Origin: an uncultured Alphaproteobacteria bacterium
GTDB lineage: Bacteria > Pseudomonadota > Alphaproteobacteria > Sphingomonadales > Sphingomonadaceae
Reading direction: 5' to 3'
Assembly: GCA_963722545.1 (NCBI GenBank)
Contig: CAVRMK010000001.1
Coordinates: forward strand, 94,391-158,390
Length of the DNA: 64,000 bases
Positions 40,692 through 51,900 of this stretch are shown piece by piece. The notes under the pieces were generated by a model, which worked only from the letters and a program-made list of their open reading frames with translations, had not been told where the DNA came from and did not search any database. The translations under genes were made by a program, and so were the position numbers. Every line of letters begins with the position of its first letter. Within the stretch, counting starts at the first letter, position 1.

Positions 40692-40949
40692 ATGGCCGAC
40701 AACAATATCAAACAGAACCAGGGCACGACCGACCGCAACCAGACGATGCAGCACGAGCAGGCGAAAGCCAGCGCCGGCGGCGACAACACCGACCGCAATC
40801 CGACGGGCGAATTCGACAAGAACCGCCAGGAGAAAAGCGCGATCGGCGGCCAGGCCAGCAGCCCGACCAGCCAGACCGGCGAGCAGGGCCGTGGCCGCGA
40901 CGAGCTCGGCAAGGATCGCAAGACGGAGACGACCGGCCAGAACCGCTAA
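40692..40949 (+). CDS. 85-aa hydrophilin-like hypothetical protein
   Basis: AAGGAG RBS; Q/N/D/G/T-rich with almost no hydrophobic residues; TDRN occurs twice. Confidence 0.75.
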   Translation: MADNNIKQNQGTTDRNQTMQHEQAKASAGGDNTDRNPTGEFDKNRQEKSAIGGQASSPTSQTGEQGRGRDELGKDRKTETTGQNR

Positions 40950-40997
40950 CCACACCGGTCATCACCGACCCTATCGGCACGCGTAACAGTGCCGAAG

Positions 40998-41024
40998 AGG
41001 CCGTCCCTCCAGGGGCGGCCTTTT
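40998..41024 (+). terminator. Rho-independent terminator
   Basis: GC stem (AGGCCGTCCCT / GGGGCGGCCT) followed by TTT. Confidence 0.7.
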
Positions 41025-41069
41025 GTTCGCGGGTAAGCGACTTTCGTGCTCGACCATTCCCCGGATGGC

Positions 41070-41250
41070 CTGCGCGCGAAAGTTCCCAAAGTTCGCGGTG
41101 ACGTCGGTTCCCCGGGCGCCCCGGACGCAAAAGTCACGGGGAATAGCGCCATTTTGGGCCTTCGCCGACGGGCCGCGGGGTTTTTGCGACACGCACGCGT
41201 CCAGTCGGCCGAACATGGCTCGAATAGGCCACATCCGAGGTGCTGTAGGA
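41070..41250. repeat. Bipartite dispersed repeat, copy 1
   Basis: CTGCGCGCGAAAGTTCCCAAAGTTCGC (41070-41096) and GCCACA-N6-GTGCTGTAGGA (41228-41250), both also present in 43056-43224. Confidence 0.85.
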
Positions 41251-41364
41251 AAAGACTTTCGAGCCAAGCGGGGGTACTTTGCTCGAGCGAAGTTTGCATA
41301 TTTGGCCGCTTGCCCCAGTCTCGTCAGTCGCTCGATCGGAGGAGCGAGTCGAAAGGGAATCGAG

Positions 41365-41865
41365 ATGCAGTTCAGGCCCGTATTGCTCACCGCTTTGTCC
41401 TTCGCCCTTGCCGCGCTGCCTTCTGCCGCGGCGGCTCAGACCCACCCGCCCGACATCCAGGCGCGGCTCGCCACCATCATCGGCGACTGGACCATCCCCG
41501 GGCAGGAAAATTCCTATCGCGAAACCTGCGTGTGGTACGGCAAGCGCGCGTTCGTCGCCTGCACTTCGACCGACTCGTCCGACGGGTCGATGAGCCAGAG
41601 CATCCTCGGTTATTCGAAGGCGAAGGGGCGCTTCACCTATCACAATTATTCGGGGAGCGGATCGAGCCGGTCCGAGCTCGGCTTCCCCCACGGGACAAGC
41701 GGCATCGTCTACACCGACGAGCGCGACTCCAGCGACGGCCTGGCGCGGATCAGCACCTTCCTCGAGCCGCAGGGCGACGGGCGGCTCAAGTTCCGACAGG
41801 AAAGGTCGGTCAAGGGCGGGCCGTGGGTGCAGACGGTGGAATTCTTCTACGTGCCGCGGAAGTAG
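41365..41865 (+). CDS. Hypothetical exported beta-rich protein
   Basis: Signal peptide ending AAAA-Q; IIGDW N-terminal strand. Confidence 0.7.
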   Translation: MQFRPVLLTALSFALAALPSAAAAQTHPPDIQARLATIIGDWTIPGQENSYRETCVWYGKRAFVACTSTDSSDGSMSQSILGYSKAKGRFTYHNYSGSGSSRSELGFPHGTSGIVYTDERDSSDGLARISTFLEPQGDGRLKFRQERSVKGGPWVQTVEFFYVPRK

Positions 41866-41896
41866 GCCGCGGGTTCGGTTCCGTTGCACGACCGAT

Positions 41897-41932
41897 AAAA
41901 AAAAGCCCGGCCGGAGGGGACGCCGGCCGGGC
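41897..41932 (-). terminator. Rho-independent terminator of the minus-strand gene
   Basis: A-run then GCCCGGCCGG...CCGGCCGGGC on the + strand. Confidence 0.75.
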
Positions 41933-41953
41933 CATTGTTCGCGTCGCCGAAGC

Positions 41954-42304
41954 TTATTGCTTGTTCTGCTTCAGCTTCTGGCGCTGGACGATGTCGGCAA
42001 GCGCCTGCGACCCGCTCGCGGCGGTGCAGCTGGCCGGACTGTTCGCCTTGCGCTGCGCGGAGAGGAGCGCAACGGTGGTGTCGCAGACGTTCGCGGCGAC
42101 GCTGATCGGGACCTGGACGGTAATCGGAACGCCGAGATTGTTGAGCGCGGCGATCTGGGCGCCGTTCAGGAAGTTGTTCAGGATGTCGACGTTCTGGATC
42201 TGGACGGAAACCAGGCCCTGCGAATTGCCGACCTGCGCGAAGGCGGGGCCGGTAGTCGTCGCGGTCGCCGCGGCCAAGGCGGCGGCAATCATCAATTTAC
42301 GCAT
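41954..42304 (-). CDS. Small exported protein with a chaplin-like motif
   Basis: Signal peptide ending AFA-Q; ITVQVPISVAANVC...SC; GGAG RBS. Confidence 0.75.
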   Translation of the reverse strand: MRKLMIAAALAAATATTTGPAFAQVGNSQGLVSVQIQNVDILNNFLNGAQIAALNNLGVPITVQVPISVAANVCDTTVALLSAQRKANSPASCTAASGSQALADIVQRQKLKQNKQ

Positions 42305-42532
42305 ACATCTCTCCATTTGTTGGGCGCGCTCGTTGAGCGCATGATCACCTCATCGTCAGGTGTCGGCGCTAAACGCCTGATATGCGGCGATGTTCTCCGC
42401 TTTTGCGGCAGAGGGAAGGCGGCGCGCGGCGGGATGTGGAGAGGCTGATTTGGGTTAGGCGAGGGGGTTGAGCGAGGATAGGCTGCGCGCAATTCAGGAT
42501 CGGTACGGTGACGAACGCGGCGGCGGCCGCCC

Positions 42533-43000
42533 TTAACGGCCGCGCTCGGGCTTGGCCGTGGCTGCGCGGGGCGAGGGGCTCGAGTGGCGGTAGAGGACTT
42601 GCCACATGCCGCCGCGCTTCACGAACGTGTCGCTGAGGATGAAATTTTCCTCGCGAGTCCCGCGGCCGGGGATTCCGACCTTCCAATGGCCCTCGACCGT
42701 TGCGACCGCGGTGTCGCCGTCCGCTGCGACATCGACCACGCGGGCCTCGAACTCCTCGAATTTGTAGCCGGCGAGATTGGCGAACCATTGCGCCCGCGAC
42801 GTCGCGATGATCCGCCCGTTCTCGGCGCGCATCAGCCGGAACTCGGGGGCGAGAAGCGACTGGAGGAAGCCGGTATCGCCGGTCCGAAACGCCTGTTCCC
42901 AGGCGGACTCCTGGGCGCGGATTTCGGCCGCGACATCGGCGCGCGCGGGCGCTGCCCAGGCGAGTGCGGCGAAGGTTGCGATGAGGATGGGCCGGCGCAT
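42533..43000 (-). CDS. Exported NTF2-like (DUF4440) protein
   Basis: Signal peptide; AFRTGD...LLAPEF, GDTAVA and DTFVKRGGMWQV motifs; ends KPERGR. Confidence 0.85.
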   Translation of the reverse strand: MRRPILIATFAALAWAAPARADVAAEIRAQESAWEQAFRTGDTGFLQSLLAPEFRLMRAENGRIIATSRAQWFANLAGYKFEEFEARVVDVAADGDTAVATVEGHWKVGIPGRGTREENFILSDTFVKRGGMWQVLYRHSSPSPRAATAKPERGR

Positions 43001-43055
43001 CGATATTCTCCCCTGTTGAATGGAGCGACATAGCATGGATGCGGCCGAGATTGGT

Positions 43056-43224
43056 CTGCGCGCGAAAGTTCCCAAAGTTCGCACTGACGGGGGCGAAACG
43101 CAGCGAATGCAGTGAGCCTACGCGTGCGCGCACGCGAGGGGAGATGCCGGCAGGGAGGGGGAGGAGAGGCTGCTTGCTTGGCTGCTCATCGGCGAGCTTA
43201 AGCCACACATGGCGTGCTGTAGGA
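43056..43224. repeat. Bipartite dispersed repeat, copy 2
   Basis: Identical 27-mer at 43056-43082 and GCCACA-N6-GTGCTGTAGGA at 43202-43224. Confidence 0.85.
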
Positions 43225-43295
43225 CAGCGTTTTTTCGGATTTGGCAAGAAGGGCCTATGGTGGGCCGCCGAATCGCATGGTCCAGGGGGGACGAC

Positions 43296-44153
43296 ATGCG
43301 CCGATCCGCAACCGTCATTGCCTTGCTTTCGCTCACCGCATGCGGACCGCTGCTTCCGCCGCAGACGCCCGCCGCCTTTTTCTCCGGCTACAGCTACGTC
43401 CCGCTCGATCCGTTGCCGGTGAAGGTCGTCGACGGCCCCAATTGCGGGCCGGGCAAGCCGCGGGGCAAGCTCCTCGACGTGCTGCCCGACAATGCAGTGC
43501 GAATCGCGGTCCGCCAGCTCTCCGGCTCGGCGTCGCTGGGTTTCGGGCCCGCTGCGCAGCTAGGCTATGAAGGCAATAGCTACGAGGTGGTGCTCGACTA
43601 TATTAACGCAGACGTCGCCAATTTGCGCTTCGCTTATGATCCGCCGAGGCCCAACGGTCGGGGTTCCCGTGGCGCGCTGGAATCGGGCGCCGCGGCGGCC
43701 AGCCTGACTCGGATCGAGGAGGGAGCTGCCGACCCGCCAAACAAGAATGTCGTCGTCATCCCGGTGTATGTCGGCGTCGGCCTGCGCCTCACCGCGATCG
43801 TCACGGTGCACAAGGGCAAGGTCAATTTGTCGAGCCTCGGCGCGCTGTCGGCCAAGGCCGAGGCCGGTCAGGTGAGCGGCTCGATGATCGTCCAGACGCT
43901 CGGCATCACCGGGCCCAAGGTGACCACCGCTCTGCCGATCCCGAGCGAGCTCAATCCGAGCACCATCCAGGCCGCGATTGTCTCGCTGGGCGCGGTCAGG
44001 GCGCTGATCCCCGATGCCCCCGGGACGGTGCTCAAGCCGCGCGTCACGGGAATCTACAACCCGATCCAGGGTGCCGACCAGACGGTCATCCACAAGGTCG
44101 TCTCAAAATTGGTAGAGAAGCCGGTCGAGTGGACGATGGATTGTCCGCTTTGA
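43296..44153 (+). CDS. Hypothetical lipoprotein
   Basis: Lipobox LTAC; beta-rich core (IPVYVGVGLRLTA). Confidence 0.75.
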   Translation: MRRSATVIALLSLTACGPLLPPQTPAAFFSGYSYVPLDPLPVKVVDGPNCGPGKPRGKLLDVLPDNAVRIAVRQLSGSASLGFGPAAQLGYEGNSYEVVLDYINADVANLRFAYDPPRPNGRGSRGALESGAAAASLTRIEEGAADPPNKNVVVIPVYVGVGLRLTAIVTVHKGKVNLSSLGALSAKAEAGQVSGSMIVQTLGITGPKVTTALPIPSELNPSTIQAAIVSLGAVRALIPDAPGTVLKPRVTGIYNPIQGADQTVIHKVVSKLVEKPVEWTMDCPL

Positions 44154-44243
44154 GGGTGGACGCGCTTGCCAAGCCCAGGGTTAAGGCAGATTGACCGCGA
44201 CGTTCGTGCTCGGGGACGAGTCGTTTCGAGGGGGAGTGCAACA

Positions 44244-44861
44244 ATGCTGATCAACCTATTGGCGGTGGCGCTTGCCGCCGCCCAGGCCGCTGCGGGCGCA
44301 GCGCCCGAAGCAAACAGCCAAACGTCACCGGCTGCGCCGGCCGAGCCGACACCACAAGCAGCGATTCAAGCCGCACCGGCAGCGACGATCGCTCCGGCGC
44401 CGCCGCAGGCGGTGATCCTGGCGCCACCATCGGGCAATGTGCTTCGCGCCGGGACTGAGGTGCCGCTTCGGCTCGAAGAAAATCTCGACAGCAACAACAA
44501 GAGCCTGCGGGAGGGGCAGCAGTTCCGGATGACCGTCGCCAACGACGTGATGCTCGGAACCCAGGTGGTAATCCCGGCGGGCAGCGTTGCAACGGGCGAG
44601 ATCACCGACCTCCGCCGCAAGGGCATGTGGGGCAAGTCGGGCCGCATCAACGCGCGCGTGCTTTATGCCCGCGTCGGCGACCGCATGATCCGCCTGACCG
44701 GCAATTTCGACGATAAGGGCGTGACCGGGACGGCGGGCGTGGTCGGGGCGATCGTGTTCGTGCCGATCGCCGGTTTCTTCCTCACCGGCACTAGCGCGAA
44801 GATGCCGGCAGGGTCGGGGGTGAAGGCGTTCCTGGACGAGGATTTGACCATCGCTCGGTGA
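44244..44861 (+). CDS. Exported protein with a TrbI/VirB10-like beta domain
   Basis: Signal peptide, Pro/Ala linker, LRAGTEVPLRL...VIPAGSVATGEI...MPAGS. Confidence 0.6.
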   Translation: MLINLLAVALAAAQAAAGAAPEANSQTSPAAPAEPTPQAAIQAAPAATIAPAPPQAVILAPPSGNVLRAGTEVPLRLEENLDSNNKSLREGQQFRMTVANDVMLGTQVVIPAGSVATGEITDLRRKGMWGKSGRINARVLYARVGDRMIRLTGNFDDKGVTGTAGVVGAIVFVPIAGFFLTGTSAKMPAGSGVKAFLDEDLTIAR

Positions 44862-44930
44862 GAGCCGGCGGACAGTTAGTCTGGGGTGCCCGAAATGTGC
44901 TGGATATGCTTGCTCCAGCTAATTCCACCG

Positions 44931-45364
44931 GACGCGTCACGCTGCGTCACGATGCGTAACCACCAAAAGCAAGCGTGCCTTGAAACTCTGACGCGTCAGC
45001 TCACTTACGGCTAGAACTCAGCTGCGTACACGCCTTCAGCCGCGCACCGCGACCGTGGCAGAGCAGTCCTCGCGATTGACAAACCCGATCAGCGTCAGAC
45101 GTATCTCTCGAATCGGAAGAATTGCGGCCAAATTCGGCGTCAGACAGGTTCACGTGAATATCGTCGCGCTGCGTCATTCATTTCTCGACAGTGACCGGAA
45201 GTAGCTCTAAAGCGTCATAGGTGAAGCTTGTGCGTCAGCCTCCGCGATGCCTCCTTGACTGATGGCCGTGCCTGAGTCGCTGTCGCACCGATTGCGCTTC
45301 TTGGCTTGACCGAGTGATATGCCCTTGGGACATCTGCGCCAGACGCCGCCCTCGACGCGCGTCA
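44931..45364 (+). repeat. Non-coding array of co-oriented GCGTCA boxes
   Basis: Exact GCGTCA at 44934, 44944, 44993, 45092, 45137, 45171, 45212, 45232 and 45359, plus near matches. Confidence 0.8.
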
Positions 45365-45649
45365 GATCGTGTCGACGTACGGTTCGCCATGCTGCTAACA
45401 AATCACGGCCGCTCGAGTGCAACTCCTGGGTCGTCGGTGCCCGTGCGTTCCAAGACTCAAGCATGCGGCAGTCTTGGACCCTGCTTCGAGGTAGCCACTT
45501 CGGCTAAGCTCTCAAGCTGCATCAGTTCGGATTCGCTGCGTAGTGAATCTGTCGGAGGTCTGAAGGATACCCAATCCATGTGCTCTTGAAGCCTCGATCT
45601 CAATGCGAATACGACAAGAACACTTTGGGAGCGGTCATGACGCGTAAGC

Positions 45650-48650
<3,001 letters not shown>

Positions 48651-48662
48651 CGGGTCAGGTTC

Positions 48663-48677
48663 GTTCCGTTTATGTTC
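48663..48677 (-). promoter_or_regulatory. Alphaproteobacterial LexA (SOS) box
   Basis: GTTC-N7-GTTC (GTTCCGTTTATGTTC), 13 bp upstream of the uvrA ATG. Confidence 0.9.
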
Positions 48678-48939
48678 TGATACCGCGAGGGCGCCCGCCG
48701 GGTCAACGGGAGCCTGCAACATGGGTTCCTGAGCCGCCGAATCAACCGCGACGCGACTGGGCGTCTCGATCGCCGTGCACCATTTTCCAAGGCGGTTCAA
48801 ACGGTTGCGTAACGTTCATCTGCGATCAAGGTTGGCTGGAGTTTTGGGCGCTCGAGCAATCGTCCACCGGTCCTCGGCGGGCGGCTTTTCAAATCATTGC
48901 AGCGGCGTGTCTGGCGGCGCTCAGCAAAGGGGATTTTGC

Positions 48940-51900
48940 GTGCTTCATTCTCGCGCGGGCCGTCTCGCCGCATCGGTTTCTCTTGCCACCTTGGGCGCGG
49001 TTCTTGCCCAGCCTGCGCTCGCCGCGACGACCGAAGGGGTCCGGCAGGAAGACAGCGGGACGATCGCGATCAACCTCTATGAAGTGGCGACAAGCGATCC
49101 GGACGCGGTGTTCGGGACCACGACCACGACGAGCAATCCCGGCGGCCTCGCCACCGCGACGGCCTGGGTCACCTGCGCCTTGTCGGCGACCTGCGCCAAT
49201 CCCGGCGCGCTCGAGCAGTTCGCGAGCGGCGCGGACGAGGCGTCGAACACGATCCTGATCGGCGGGCTGCAGCGGATCGAGGCCATCGCCGAAGCGGCGG
49301 GCCAGACCGCGACCGCCGTCGCCTATATCGACACCGGCATCGCCCAGCTCGCGGTCAGCGGCGGCAAGGCGGTCAACGATTTCGCGGTGACCGGCACGGT
49401 CGAAGTGGTCGCCAGCGCGATTGCCGAGGCGAGCGACGGACCGGCCATCGCCCAGGCGGTGATCAGCCAGGCGATCGCGATCGAGGCGATCGGAGCGACC
49501 GGCGCGACGGTCGATTTCGAGAATGACGGCTTGATCAGCATCGCCGCAGTCGCGGAAGCGATCTCCGAGGGCACCACCGCCGACACCGCTTTCGCCCGCG
49601 CGACGGCGTTCGGCGTTTCGGGCGCCGCCTATGCCACGGTCGAGGGGACGGCGATCGCCGACCTTTACAACGCCGGGACGATCGAGGTCGTCGGCGACGC
49701 GCGACGCCGTCGCCACCCAAGGCGCCGCCCGGGCAAGCGGAGTCGCGATCCTCGGCCTCGGAGCGGTCGCGTCGGCCGCCGCGGGCGATGCTATCGCCAA
49801 GGTCGAGAATGACGGTACGATCCTGGTGTCGGGCCAGGCCGACGCGACCGGCGGCCACGCCGCCACCGCGGTCGCCGTCGCCGCCGGCGGAATCGTCGCC
49901 CAGGCCTATGCCGGGACGGGCAACGCCTTCGCCACCGTGATCAACGACGGCAGCCTGATCATCAATGCCGACGCCCACGCGATCGCCGACACCAATGCGC
50001 TCGCCGTCGCGGTCGGGGTGACCGGAATCTACCAGCAGGCGCAGGCGTTCGACGGCCATGCCGCGGCGGACATTGCGAACGACGGGACGATCCTGATCAC
50101 CGCCGATGCCGATGCCACCGGCCTGGTCGCGCAGGCGACCGCGATCGGCGGCGGGGCGATGTTCGGCGGCGCGATCTTCCAGTCGGCGGCCGCCGGCAAC
50201 GGCAGCGCCGAGGCCGATTTCCTCAACACCGGCGACATCACGATCCTTGCCGACGCCGACGCCAACGGCTCGGTGATCGCCTACGCCAATGCGATCGGCG
50301 GTCCGGGCGTCCAGCAGCTGGTATTCGGAACCGGCGGCGATGCCGACGCCTCGCTGGTCAACGAAGGCTCGATCCTGCTCGGCGCCGACGCGCACGCTTA
50401 TGCGAGCAATAGCGCTTTTGCGTTCGCGCTTTACGTCAACGCGGTCAACAACGCCGCGTTCGCCAACAGCGGCGACGCGCAGGTCGACCTCGTCAATTCG
50501 GGCGAGATCCTGGTCGGAGTGAACGCGGTCGCCGAGGGCGGCAATGTCGCCGGAGCGGTGGCCAGCGCGAGCCACATGATCGGGCAATTCGGCTTCGCAT
50601 TCGGCGGAAACGCGGCAGTGACGCTCGACAATGACGGAGCGATCGCAATCGACGCTGCGGCACTGGCCGTTGGCGACCTTGCATTCGCGCAGGCCTTCGT
50701 CCTCACGGGCCTCTATCAGAACGCCTTCGCGATCGGCACCGGAAGCGCCCTCGCCGAGCTCGACAACAGCGGGACGATCGACGTCGCAGCGCTGGCAGCT
50801 GCGAGCGGCGTGACCGCCTATGCGACCGCAGCCGTGACCGGCGGTGTCATCCAGGTCGCGAGCGCGCACAGCTCGACCTTTGGCAGCGAGACGCTGACCG
50901 GCGGAACATTCGTTCAATCGGTCAGCTCGACCCCGACCGGCAAGGCCAGCGTGGCGCTCGTCAACAGCGGCGCGATCGACATCGGCGCGGTTGCCGCCGC
51001 CACCGGCGAGAGCCATGCCGAGGCACGCGCCAGCGTCAACACCGGGGTGCTCCAGTTCGTGTCGGGATCCGACGCCGACGCTTTGATCGACAATTCGGGC
51101 TCGCTGACCATTTCCGCGGCAGCTGTCGCCGAGGCCAATGGCAATGCGCGCGCGTACGCCAATGTCGCGGGCATCGCCCAGGCCGGGACCGCGCTCGCCA
51201 ATTCGACGACGCAATCGTTCCAGCCCGGCGGGACCGTGACCCTGGAGCTGTCGTCGATCCCGGTCGGCGCGGTCCAGCTGGAGCTGGTCAACAGCGGCGA
51301 CATCGCCATCGTCGGAGCGGCTTCGGCCGTGGCCGGCGATGCCGGGCTCGGCGGCCTGACCGAAGCGGTCGCTTATGCCGGGGTCGCCGGGATCGACCAG
51401 AGCGTCCTCGCCCAGACGGCGTCGGCGCTGTTCGACAATGACGGCACCATCCTGATCGCGGCTCAGGCCAAGGTGGTCAGCGCCGGGATCGCGAACGGCG
51501 TCGCGCTCGCCAGCGGCATCGACCAGGCGGCGAGCGCCTGGGCGGTGGGCGGAACCGCGGTGTTCCCGCCGGGGGCGAGCACGCCGAGCACCTTCACCAC
51601 CTTCGCTTATCCGGCCGGACCGGCATCGGTGAATTTCGACAATTCGGGCAACGTTACCGTCGTCGCGAGCGTCGAGGCGAGCGGGCAAACCGCGTTCGGC
51701 GGCGCGACCGCGCAGGGCGTTGGTCAGTTCGCGGCAGGAACCATCGGAAGCGCGTCACTTGCCAACAGCGGCTCATTGAACGTCATCGGCCGAGTCGAAA
51801 GCAGCGGCGACAAGGCCTTTGCCCTCGCCGCCGCCATCGGCGTCGTCCAAGGCGCGAGCGGGACCGAGCAGGCGGTGGTCTCGCTCGATAATTCGGGTGA

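Noticed and set aside
41081-41094. GTTC-N5-GTTC within the 27-bp repeat as a LexA box
   Set aside because: The alphaproteobacterial LexA box needs N7 spacing, as seen at uvrA; spacing here is 5
44931-45364. GCGTCA array as a CRISPR array
   Set aside because: Repeat is only 6 bp, spacing is irregular, and there are no cas genes
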